The position numbers and the translations under genes were made by a program. A stretch of DNA of 64,000 nucleotides, taken from NCBI RefSeq assembly GCF_001194135.2, contig NC_069003.1:3524951-3588950 (forward strand), written 5' to 3'. The notes beneath the pieces are model-generated. The model did not search any database, was not told the origin of the DNA, and saw only the letters and a list, made by a program, of their open reading frames with translations. The stretch comes from Octopus bimaculoides (taxonomy: Eukaryota). Below, one piece after another: positions 1-12,900 of the stretch; the stretch's first letter is position 1, and each line of letters starts with the position of its first letter.

Positions 1-151
1 TTCTTTCAGTTTCCGTCTACCAAATCCACTTAAAAGGCTTTGGACAGCCCGAAGCTCTAGAAGACAGTTGCCCCAGGGGCCACGCAGTGAAACTGAACGT
101 GGAACCACGTGATTTGGAAGCAAGTTTCTTCCTAAAGAACCACGCGTGTGC
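1..151 (-). mobile_element. 5' part of tRNA-derived SINE (family B), truncated by window edge
   Basis: Reverse complement matches the head of the fuller copy at 22756-23185 (ttctttcagtttccgtctaccaaatccact...ggaaccacgtg...gcaag). Confidence 0.8.
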
Positions 152-247
152 TTATGCAAAATATTTGCAGAGCTGTCGCCATCTCTTGTGTCCGAGGAAA
201 CGGGAAGTTTTCCACTGTCTTATTAACTTTATTTTCTCCTCTTGTAG

Positions 248-265
248 ATCACTGTAATTAATGGC
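248..265 (+). CDS. Candidate 18-nt microexon (ITVING in phase 0), host gene unknown
   Basis: Branch-like tattaac (221-227), pyrimidine tract tttattttctcctcttg, tag acceptor ending 247, exon ATCACTGTAATTAATGGC, donor GTGAGT at 266. Length is a multiple of 3 and only phase 0 is stop-free. Confidence 0.4.
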
Positions 266-1916
266 GTGAGTCTAGCGAGATTCTGTTGATAAAATCGTGT
301 TGAAGCATTCGATATTTTATCAAATCATTCCATAGCGACTGCTCCTTTATTTAAACGAATTCTTGCGAAGTACATCGTATTGTTGCTCATGCTGAAGCCC
401 CTAGCAGTATCCATACCCACACCGTTCTTGAAGTAGTTTCTCTTATTGCTATTACCTGAGGTCCCTTACAGTTACATACATATACTCAGCCCCAGCAAAT
501 ATGAGGTAAAATGGGAAAAATTATCATTGTATCATGTAACATAGCAGACCTTAAACTAAATAGGTGAATGGAATGTTGTCCTTCAAAACTTAATAGCTTT
601 TTTTTTATCAACGTGAATGCCTGTATGTTTTCCGCTTTCTCTATAATTCTATCACTCTCTTCAGATCTTACTTTATCTCAATGATCGTCTTGCTGTTTCT
701 ACACATTTCTTATCTCACAAAATATCTCACCGTCCCTCAGAGCGGCGAACATTAATTCTACAACTATAAATTTATATTCTATAAATATATATATATATAC
801 ACACACACATNNNNNNNNNNNNNNNNNNNNNNNNNNNNNNNNNNNNNNNNNNNNNNNNNNNNNNNNNNNNNNNNNNNNNNNNNNNNNNNNNNNNNNNNNN
901 NNNNNNNNNNNNNNNNNNNNNNNNNNNNNNNNNNNNNNNNNNNNNNNNNNNNNNNNNNNNNNNNNNNNNNNNNNNNNNNNNNNNNNNNNNNNNNNNNNNN
1001 NNNNNNNNNNNNNNNNNNNNNNNNNNNNNNNNNNNNNNNNNNNNNNNNNNNNNNNNNNNNNNNNNNNNNNNNNNNNNNNNNNNNNNNNNNNNNNNNNNNN
1101 NNNNNNNNNNNNNNNNNNNNNNNNNNNNNNNNNNNNNNNNNNNNNNNNNNNNNNNNNNNNNNNNNNNNNNNNNNNNNNNNNNNNNNNNNNNNNNNNNNNN
1201 NNNNNNNNNNNNNNNNNNNNNNNNNNNNNNNNNNNNNNNNNNNNNNNNNNNNNNNNNNNNNNNNNNNNNNNNNNNNNNNNNNNNNNNNNNNNNNNNNNNN
1301 NNNNNNNNNNNNNNNNNNNNNNNNNNNNNNNNNNNNNNNNNNAAAAAAAAAAAAAAAAAAATTGAAAGAGAAAAAAAACACGAACGATACATGGTGTTAT
1401 TGTTGTTGATGTTTATAGTGATGTCTTTGATAATCTTGTTGGCTCTAAAATAGATCTTCTCCCAGCTGCTGCTGATAATATTATTGCCTATCCTGCTGGT
1501 GTCCTCGTTGCAGCTACTTGATATATAATTACAGTATTTGTTGCTGTTTTTGGTTGCGATAGTGACGTCCATCTTGGTTTTCTTCCTGTTGTTGTTGTTG
1601 TTGTTGCCTCTGATGGATTTTATATTCTTGCTGTTATTGGTATATATATGTACAAAAAATATAAAAGAAAGGAATAGGGTAGATAGAAAGTGTGCAGATC
1701 TATAAATATTATCGTAAATGTCATGGCTACAAGGCAAATAGTAAGAACAAATTAAGCTATCGATAATATCCTTTTAGAGAACATCGCAAGCAAATACAGC
1801 AGAAGATGTAATGAGAACGAAATAGCCCCGAAATTGTACAGTGAGATAAGGGTATACGTTTGACTTGGTGTTTCATTCGGAGCCCAAAGCAAGATACGGG
1901 AGACGCTGAAAAAGAA

Positions 1917-1956
<40 letters not shown>

Positions 1957-2206
1957 TAAAAAATATATACATATATTTGGATATATATATATGTATTCAT
2001 TAATATGTATATATATATATGCGTATATATATCTATATCTATATATATGTATGTATGCATGTATGTACATATACTTACATACATGTTAATGTCCCTTTCG
2101 CATGCACACATTTAGATATATGCAAATATAATCGTATAAACATGTATATATCTATATATCTATCTATACATACATATATATACATCTGTATATATATACA
2201 CAGATA

Positions 2207-2294
<88 letters not shown>

Positions 2295-2783
2295 TAGTTT
2301 ATGAACGTATGTATATTTTTGTTTATATTGCAATATTGCGTTTTATACATGATGTAAATAAACTTGTATGTGTACGGTTGTCATTCATTGTCTGTGTAAA
2401 TGCATACCTTAGAGTGTACACCTGCTTTTGTGTGCATGTTTGACATAATCGATTCACACATTATACATCCTTAGCATTTATATGCTTGTTGAAAACGAAC
2501 AATAAAAAATGAAAGCAATGAAGGATATAAACCAAACAACAACACGTGCAACAGGATGTCAAATAAAAAATGGCCGCTTATATTTATAGTTTTACCGAAT
2601 TTTGTTATTTTTCGTGTGGTTTTTATTCAAGCAAATCCGGTAATCGGTGTTTCAACTTGTTTATTGCGTGCCTACATTTAGCATATCCATTATATTATTT
2701 TCCGATAATTCAATAACTGTGTATTTATGTACATATATGTATATGTATAGAGGCATCTGTGTATATGTATGTAAGTCGATATG

Positions 2784-2836
<53 letters not shown>

Positions 2837-3093
2837 ATACATATATATATAAGGTATATAAATGTGTGTGTATATATATAGACACACACTTATATATATA
2901 TTTCCCTACGAGCTCATATACATTCAGGCACAAGATCATATACATACATACCTGCACATTGATATGCTTGTGTGTAAGTGTGTGTGCGTGTATATACATA
3001 TACATGTGTATATATGCTTTTGTACATATATATACACGTACAATATATATATATATACAAATACATGTATAACGTATGTAAACGTATATATAT

Positions 3094-3174
<81 letters not shown>

Positions 3175-3240
3175 TGTATGTATATTCATATATATGTCTG
3201 AGTGCGTCACTGTGTACGTGTTATAAGTTGACACGTGCAG
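1917..3240. repeat. (TA)n/(TG)n microsatellites and degenerate AT-rich low-complexity DNA
   Basis: Long pure TA runs (about 2217-2291 and 3097-3171) and a TG run (about 2792-2833) within degenerate TATG/TACA sequence. Confidence 0.95.
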
Positions 3241-3505
3241 CTGTGCAAGGTTTAGGTTTAATTTAAGAAGATATAATCGTTTTGTGAACAGCCGAAACGA
3301 GGAGAGTTGTGGTGCATTTGGTTTTTAATGTTCAGCGTTAGAGTTGTGTAAAAAGGCTTTATTTTATCGCTTGCTTAATGCATACATATATAATGGCCTC
3401 TTAGATAGATTGTAAAGGAAATTTAATAAATATAAGACGAAAGACAGCCGTCAATAACACAACCGTTCCTTCACCAACGCCATCAGCTGCACACTTCACC
3501 TAAAA

Positions 3506-3516
3506 GCCGCCATCTT
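3506..3516 (-). promoter_or_regulatory. Perfect YY1/Pho-type motif AAGATGGCGGC
   Basis: Plus strand GCCGCCATCTT inside a short unique island (3250-3560). Function is not demonstrated. Confidence 0.25.
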
Positions 3517-3559
3517 ACAGGAAAGTTAATAAATTGTTTCAAAAAATAAATGATTGATA

Positions 3560-3665
3560 CAAAAGTTAATAGACTAATATATATATATATAAATACACAC
3601 AACCGCACATATACGCATATATATTTGCGTATATATATAGATATATATAATTATATATACTGATA

Positions 3666-3711
<46 letters not shown>

Positions 3712-3855
3712 TACATATAAGTGTATGTATATATGTATTTCCATACATGCATACAGATATGTGTGAATGAATATATATATTTATAGACATATATACCCAC
3801 ATATATATGCATACATATATGTATATATGTATATATATATATAAATACATTTATA

Positions 3856-3924
<69 letters not shown>

Positions 3925-4248
3925 NNNNNNNNNNNNNNNNNNNNNNNNNNNNNNNNNNNNNNNNNNNNNNNNNNNNNNNNNNNNNNNNNNNNNNNNNNNN
4001 NNNNNNNNNNNNNNNNNNNNNNNNNNNNNNNNNNNNNNNNNNNNNNNNNNNNNNNNNNNNNNNNNNNNNNNNNNNNNNNNNNNNNNNNNNNNNNNNNNNN
4101 NNNNNNNNNNNNNNNNNNNNNNNNNNNNNNNNNNNNNNNNNNNNNNNNNNNNNNNNNNNNNNNNNNNNNNNNNNNNNNNNNNNNNNNNNNNNNNNNNNNN
4201 NNNNNNNNNNNNNNNNNNNNNNNNNNNNNNNNNNNNNNNNNNNNNNNN

Positions 4249-4288
<40 letters not shown>

Positions 4289-4580
4289 ATAAAAACATCA
4301 CACAAAGACAGTGAAAGGGATAAAACATGAAAAATGTAAACACTAGGAAAATATATTAAGAGACAGTAAAAACAAGAGTCACATTGTAATAAAGGAATAT
4401 AATCTAAGAAAAAAAAACAAAGGAACAAAGAGTGAGGAAAAACAACAAACAAAATAAAGAAGAAAGAATTAAAAACGAACATAAAGCGAAACTAAAACAA
4501 AATGATTAAACGGGGAACAAGAACACGTAGCACATGGATATATAAGTAAAATAGATTGAAATTTAAATAAAATGTTATGC

Positions 4581-4616
<36 letters not shown>

Positions 4617-4804
4617 ATGTGTGAGTGACTGTGTGTGTGTGTGTGTGTGTGTGTGTGGTTGGCTGCGTGTGTCTGACTGCATATCTATGTATTTGTATAC
4701 GCGTATGCGTGTGTGAGCGAGAGAATACGTATATAGTCACAGTGACACAATGAATGCGAAACATCTACATATGCAAAATACACGTATATATCGCATGTAT
4801 ATAC

Positions 4805-4847
<43 letters not shown>

Positions 4848-4955
4848 TATGTATAATTATGTATGTATATATGTGAGTGTGTCTCTACATATATGTGACG
4901 TATATATATTTCTTACATAAATATATCTTTATATTTATTATCCCTAGATAAACTG

Positions 4956-4991
<36 letters not shown>

Positions 4992-5573
4992 ATATATATA
5001 CACACACACGCACATATGTATATATATATATATATTGTAAGAAAAATTGAAAAAAGCAACATACGAGCACGAGAGATAATTGCATAAGAGATAATTTACT
5101 AAGATCAATATAATACTTTCATATGTATATCTATGTACGTATGTACACACACACACACACACACCCGTTGACATAATTCTTTATAGGAAAAACGAAACAC
5201 ACAACCGCATACACTCCTGCAATCACAGATTTTAAGCATCGCTTTCTCTGTCCCCCTCTCTCTCTATGTTTTCCTCCCTACCCAACACAGATATGATAAT
5301 ATATATATGTATGCATATATGTGTATATATGTTTATATATATATATATATATATGTTTATATATGTTATATATATGTATGTATGAATTTACGACTATCTC
5401 TCTCACTCTCTCTACGTGTATATATGTGTAAGTATGTATGTATGTATACGTGATTTTTATACATAAATATATATGCAATATATGTAAATATGTTACCTGA
5501 ATATATATTTATATATTTATATATATATATATACTTTTATATATATATATTTATATATATTTATATTTTTATT

Positions 5574-5616
<43 letters not shown>

Positions 5617-5900
5617 TTATATAAATCTTTGTTAGAACTATCCAACATGCTGTTCATGGAACAAGTGATATATATATATATATATTCAGGTAACGTATTT
5701 ACATATATATTGCATATATATCTATGTATAAAAATCACGTATACATACATACATACATACATACTTACACACACACACACATATATATATAGATATGTGT
5801 GCGAGAGTCATTCAGGCAATGAGGTTGTGAGGGAGTGTATATGCGTATGCTTATGTGCTTGTGTGTTTTATGAATTATTTGTCGCAACTGAAATCTAAGT
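3560..5900. repeat. (TA)n/(TG)n/(CA)n microsatellite-derived low-complexity block (includes N gap 3925-4248)
   Basis: Direct inspection; the IYIY/CVCV ORFs here are translations of these repeats. Confidence 0.9.
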
Positions 5901-6371
5901 ATCGCGATGAATATGTCATCATATATAATTAACGATATGCAGCACATCATTAGGAAATTGCATTTTCGCAATTGCTTATTCATATAAAAACATGCAAATT
6001 CCATTTACATGCAAGAACACCATGCGGTATTGAAATCCACTCATTTTAAGGCAGGAAAGTACTAAAGATACTACTCACTCTTTGAGGCGCTGACAACTTA
6101 CTTTGCATTTAAATATGGTTCTGGGAAAATGCATCAGCATATTTCCTGCAAATGAATTCACAGATGAAAGCAATTGCATTTGTCATTCATCAGGCAAGAG
6201 TAACGCGTGCGTCAGTTTTAGGTAATGAATTAGAAACTGCATCGCAGCTAGAATATTCGGAAACACTTTTGTTTGCTTCCATTCTCGCTCGTTTTATACA
6301 CAAACGCGCCCACGCACACACACACACATCTATCTACCTGTCAATATCTCCATCTATCTATCTATCTATCT

Positions 6372-6570
6372 TATTTTTTATTGCCCACAAGGGTCTAAAC
6401 ATAGAGGGAACAACCAAGGACAGACAAAGGGATAAAGTCGATTACATCGACCCCGAAAGGATGACAGGCAAAGTCGACCTCGGTGGAACTTGAACTGAGA
6501 ACGTAACGGCAGACGAAATACGCGAAGCATTTCGCCTCGCGTGCTAACGTTTCTGGCAGCTCGCCGCCTA
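6372..6570 (-). mobile_element. tRNA-derived SINE (family A), near full length
   Basis: Reverse complement reads ggcggcgagctgccagaaacgttagcacg...gttctcagttcaagttccaccgaggtcgactttgcc...tgtaatcgactttatccctttgtctgtcc...cttgtgggcaataaaaaa. Same family as 35995-36220. Confidence 0.85.
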
Positions 6571-6767
6571 TCCATCTATCTACGATCCCTATTGAGCGGC
6601 TCCCTACTTTCTTTCCATTTTTTTTTTCACGACAACTTTTGATCGAAATTCTACTCCTTTTTTTTTTNNNNNNNNNNNNNNNNNNNNNNNNNNNNNNNNN
6701 NNNNNNNNNNNNNNNNNNNNNNNNNNNNNNNNNNNNNNNNNNNNNNNNNNNNNNNNNNNNNNNNNNN

Positions 6768-6917
6768 TGCTGGTGAAAGACGGCGGAGGCGGTTGGGGTG
6801 GTGCAATACGCAGGAGGTGGTGGTGCTGGTGAACGACGGTGGAGGAAGTGGTGGTTAAAGACTGTGGTGGTGGTGGTGTAAGACGGCGGAGGAGGCGGTG
6901 GTGATGGTGTAAGACGA
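6768..6917 (+). repeat. G-rich minisatellite (ggtgWaagacggcggagg-like unit in GGT repeats) at the satellite border
   Basis: About four degenerate copies near 6771, 6828, 6876 and 6908, immediately after a 100-N gap. Confidence 0.6.
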
Positions 6918-9900
6918 ACTTCAGTTCATACGTACGTATGTACAAACGACAGAACCAACGTACGTACGAATGGAAGAACCCACAAACGAACAAAAGAAGG
7001 AAGGAGCGAAAGAAAAAAACGTACGTACGCACGAACGAGCGTAGGAACGTACGTACGTATGTACGAAGGAACGAACGAACTAAAGAAAGTACGTACGTAC
7101 GTACGTACAAACTTATATACGTACGTACGTATGTATGTATGAACGAACGTACGTACGTACGGACGAACGTTATGTACGAAGGAACGAAAGAACGAGGAAA
7201 CGAACGTACCTCAGTACGTACGTACATATGAAACAACGAACGTGTGTACGTACGAACGAATAAACGAACGGAAGCATCTACATAGGTCCGCACGTACGAA
7301 CGAAGGAACGAACGGGCGAATGAACGTACGAACGAAGGAACGAACGGGCGAATGAACGTACGAACGAACGATAGTACGTACGTACGTACAAACGAAGGAA
7401 CGCAATGAAGGAACGTTCGTATGTACGAAAGAAAGAACAACCGAACGAACAAAAGAAGGAACGAACGAAAGAACAAACGTACGTACATAAGTACGTAGCC
7501 ACAAACGATTGAAAAAAACGAACGTACGAACGTATTTACGTACGTAGGTACGTACGCACGAACGAGCGTAGGAACGTACGTACGTAGGTTCGAAGGAACG
7601 AACAAATGAACTAAAGAAAGAACGTACGAATGCACAAAAGAACGATCGAACGTACGCACGTAAGTATTTACGAACCAATGTATGTACGAACGACCGAACG
7701 AACGAAAGAACGAACGAAGGAACGGTCGTACGTACGAACGTAACTCAGTACGTACGTACGTATAAACGAATGTATGTACGTACGTACGAACGAACGAATG
7801 CATCTACATACGCCCACACGTACGAACGAAGGACCGAACGGGCAAATGAACGTACGTACGTATGTACGAACGAACGAAAGTACGTACAAACGAAAGAAAT
7901 GAAGGAACAAACGAACGTTCTTACGAACGAACTTGCGTGCGTACGTACGTACGTACGAACGAAAGGACAACCGAAAGAACGAACCTACGTGCGTACGAAT
8001 GCACGGACGGACGTTATGTCCGAAGGAACGAACGATCTTATGTACGAACGTACCTCAGTACATACGTACATATGAACGAACGAGCGGACGTACGAACAAA
8101 AGCACCTACATACGTCCGCACGTACGAACGAAGGGACGAACGGGAAAATGAACGTATGTACGAAAGTACCAACAAACGAACGAACGAAATGAAGGAACGA
8201 ACGAACGTACGTATGTACGAACGAACGACCGAACTCAAGAACGAACGTAGGAACGTACGTTATGACGAACGAACTTGCGTAAATATGTACGTACGAACGA
8301 CCGAACGAAAGGACTACCGAAAGAACGAACGCACGTACGTACCTACGAATGGTAGAACCCAAGAAGGAACGAAGGACAGAACAAAAGTACGTACTCACGC
8401 ACGAACGAACGTACGTACATACGAACGAACGTTATGTCCGAAGACACGAACGTACAATCGTACGTACGTACGAACGAACAAGGAAACGAACGTACCTCAG
8501 TAAGTACGTACGTACGTATGAAAGAACGAACGAACGTATGTATATACGTACCTACGAACGAACGAATAAACGAACGAAAGCATCTACATACGTCCGCACA
8601 TACGAACGAAAGAACGAACGGGCGAATGAACGCTTGTACGAACGAACGATAGTATTTACGTACGAGCGAACGTACATATGTACGAACGAACGGACGAAGG
8701 AACTTACGTACGTACGTACGAACGAACTAAATATCGTATGTACGTAATTGCGTATGTACGATCGAACGAACGTACGTACTTAAGTACCTACGTACGAAAG
8801 AACGAACGTAGAAATGTACGTTCGTACGAGCGAAAGTTAGTACGAACGAAAGAACGAACGTAGACCGAACGAAAGAACGAACGTACGTACATACGTACCA
8901 ACGAACGACCGAACGTACTTTCGTACGTACAAACGAACGTACGTACTTGCGTACGAATGGGCGAACAATCCAACGAACGTACGTACGTAGGTACTAACGA
9001 ATGTACGTACTTACGAACGAACGAATGTACGTATGTACAAACGTACGTACGTAAGTACTTACGAACGAACGTATGTACGTACGAACGAATGAACGAACGA
9101 ACGAACGATCGTTCTTAAGTACGTATGTACATACGAACGAAGGAACTACCGAACGAACGTACGTACGTAAATTAGTGCGTATGAGCGAACGAACGAATGT
9201 ACCTATCTACGTACGAATGGAGAAACAAATGTATATACGTGCGTACGAATGAACCAACGAAAGAACTAACGAACGAACTTACGCACGTAAATACGTATGA
9301 AAGATCGAACGAACGTACGAAATAACGAACACTCGTACGTACGTAGGTACGAAAGAATGAGTGAATGTACGTTCGTAAGTACGTGCGTACGAACGAACGT
9401 ACGTAAGACCGGACCAAAGAACGAACGATCGAACAAACAAAAGAAAGAAAGAATGAAGGAACGAACGAACGTAAGTAGGTACGAAAGAAAGAACGAACGA
9501 ACGAGGAAACGAACGTACGTAAGTACGTACGTACGAAAGGACGAACGATCGAACGAACGAACGTATGTACGGTCGGACGAACGAATAAATGAACGAAAGC
9601 ATCTACATACCTCCGTACGTAAGAACGAGCGAATGAACGTATGTACGAACGAACGATAGTACGTACATACGTACTAACGAACGATAGTAAATACATACTA
9701 ACTAACGAATGAAGGAACGTACGTACGTACGAATTCACAATGATGGAACAAACGAACGTACGTACGAACGAACGAAAGAACAAACGAACGTACGTACGAA
9801 CGAAAGAACAAACGAACGTACGTACGAACGAAAGAACAAACGAACGTACGTACGAACGAAAGGAAGAACCCACGAACGAATAAAAGAAGGAACGAACGAA

Positions 9901-12900
9901 TAAAAGAACCCACGAACGAATAAAAGAAGGAACGAACGAATAAAAGAACCCACGAACGAATAAAAGAACCCACGAACGAATAAAAGAAGGAACGAACGAA
10001 AGAACAAAGCGTACGTACGAACGTACGTACATACGTACGTAAGTACGTTCGCACGCACGAACGAGCGTAGGAACGTACGTACGTAGGTACGAATGAACGA
10101 ACGAACAAAGGAACTAAAGAAAGAACGTACGTACGTACGAATGGAAGAAAGAACGAACGTACGTACGCACGTACGTACGTATGTTCGAACAAATGAACGA
10201 ACGTATGTATGAACGAACTACGTGCGTACGGACGAACGTACGTTATGTACGAAGCAACGAACGAACGATGAAACGAACGTACCTCAGTACGTACGTACGT
10301 ATGAAAGAACGAACGAACGCATGTACGTACGTATGTACGAACGAAAGAATAAACGAACGACAGCATCTACATAGGTCCGCACGTACGAACGAAGGAACGT
10401 ACGTACGTACGAACGAACGAAAGAACGTACCTACGTTATTACGTATGTACGATCGAACGAACGAACGCAAGAACAAACGTAGGAACGTACGTTCTTACAA
10501 ACGAAATATACGGATGGACTTGCATACATACGTACGTATGTGCGAAAGAACGTACGTACAAATGCACGAAAGAACGAACAAATGTTATTTCCGATGGAAC
10601 GAATGATCGTACGTACGAACGTACTTCAGTACGTACGTACGTATGAAAGAACGAACGAAAGAACTTATGAATGTACGTACGAACGAACGCAAGAACGAAC
10701 GTTGGAACGTACGTTCTTACGAACGAACTTGCGTAAATACGTACGTACGAACGACCGAACGAATGTACGTACGAACGAAAGAATGAACGTACATAAGTAC
10801 GTCCGAATGGAAGAACCCACGACCGAACAAAAGAAGGAACGAACGAAAGAACAAACATACGTACGTACGTACTTATGAACGAACGAACGAATGTACGTAC
10901 GTACGGATGGAAGAACCCACGAACGAACAAACGAAGGAACGAACGAAAGAACAAACGTACGTACGTAAGTACTTACGAACGAACTAACAAACAAACGTAC
11001 GTACATACGTACCCACATACGTACGCACGAACGAACGATCGAAAGAACGAACGTACGAACGAACGTACGAAGGTATGTACGTACGTAAGTACTAACGAGC
11101 GTAGAAACGTACGTACGTAGGTTTGAAGGAACGAACAAATGAACAAAAGAAAGAACGTAAGTACGTACGTACGAATGCACGATCGAACGAACGTACATCC
11201 GAAAGTATTTACGAACGAAAGAACGAATGTACGTACGTATGTACGTACGTACGAACGAATAAACGAACGAAAGCATCTACTTACTTACGTCCGCACGTAC
11301 GAACGAAGGAAGGAACGGGCGAAGGAACGTACGTACGTATGAACGAACGAACGAAAGAAATGAAGGAACGAGCGAATGTACGAACAAACGAATGTACGTA
11401 TGTACGAACGTAGGACCGAACGAACGAACAAACGCAAGAACAAACGCAAGAACGAACGTAGGAACGTACGTCCTTACGAACGAAAGAACGAACGTACGTA
11501 TGTACGTACGAATGGAAGAACCCATGAAGGAAAGAACGAAAGTACAAAAGTACGTACGTACTTACGAACGAAGTAACGAACGTGGGAAGGTACGAATGAA
11601 CGAACGTACGAACGTATGTACGTACGTAAGTACGTACGCACGAACAAACGAACGTAGAATGGTACGAAGGAAAGTAAGAACGAAAGAATTATTGAACAAA
11701 CGAACGTACGTACGGACGAACGTGCGTGCGTACGTACGTACGTAGGAAATAACGAAAGAACGTACGAATTAATAAAAGAACGTACGTACGAACGAACAAA
11801 TGAATAAACGTACGTACGTAATTACGTCCGAACGAACGAACGTATGTACGAAGGAACGAAAGAACAAACGTACGTACGTATAACGTAGGGAGGAAATAAC
11901 GAAAGAGCGTACGTACGTACGTACGAACGAACGAATGTACATACGTATGAACGAACAAACGTACGTACGTACGAACAAACGAATAAACGTTGCTACGTAC
12001 TTACGACCGAACGAACGAATGAATGTACGTAGGAAGGAACGAACGTACTTACGTACGTACGTGCGGTCGAACGAACTTACGTACGTATGAACTATAGAAA
12101 GTACGTACGTACGTATGTACAAACAAATGAAAGAACGAACGTACGTACGTATGTAGGAATGAACGTACGTACGTACATACGTAGTTACGTTTGTACGAAC
12201 GAATGTACATACGTTCGTAGGAACAAACGTACGTACGAACGAACGATCGAACGAACATACGTACGAACGTACGTGCGTACGTACGTACGTACGTAGTTAC
12301 GATCGTACGAACGAACGAAGGAACGTACGTAGGCAGGAAATGCGAAAGAACGTACGAACGTACGTACGAACGTACGTACGAACGTACGAACGTACGTACG
12401 AACGTACGTACAAACGTACGTACAAACGTACGTACGAACGTACGTACGAACGTACGTACGAACGTACGTACGAACGTACGTACGAACGTACGTACGAACG
12501 TACGTACGAACGTACGAACGTACGTACGAACGTACGTACGTACGAACGTACGAACGTACGTACGTACGAACGTACGTACGTACGAACGTACGTACGTACG
12601 AACGTACGAACTAACGTACGAACTAACGTACGTACGTACGTACGAACGTACGTACGAACGTACGTACGAACTAACGTACGTACGAACGTACGTACGAACG
12701 TACGTACGAACGTACGTACGAATGAACAAACGAACGAACGTACGTACGTAGACAGGATATAACGAAGGAACGAACGTGCGAACAAGGGAACGAACGTACT
12801 TACGTACGTACGTGCAGTCGAATGAACGTACGTACGTATGTACAAACAAATGAAAGAACAAACGTACCTACGTAAGTACGAACGAACGAACGTACGTTCG

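Noticed and set aside
772-1737. Long ORFs spanning N runs (also 20364-21102, 31502-32064, 50400-51332, 61240-62508)
   Set aside because: Length comes from assembly gaps translated as X.
1752-5898. IYIY/CVCV/THTH ORFs (also 37570-37917, 44057-44503, 55443-58201)
   Set aside because: Translations of (TA)n, (TG)n and (CA)n microsatellites.
9860-10010. Regular repeat-spacer-like pattern (gaacgaataaaagaacccac / gaagg)
   Set aside because: Not CRISPR: no unique spacers, no cas genes, eukaryotic context. It is part of the satellite.
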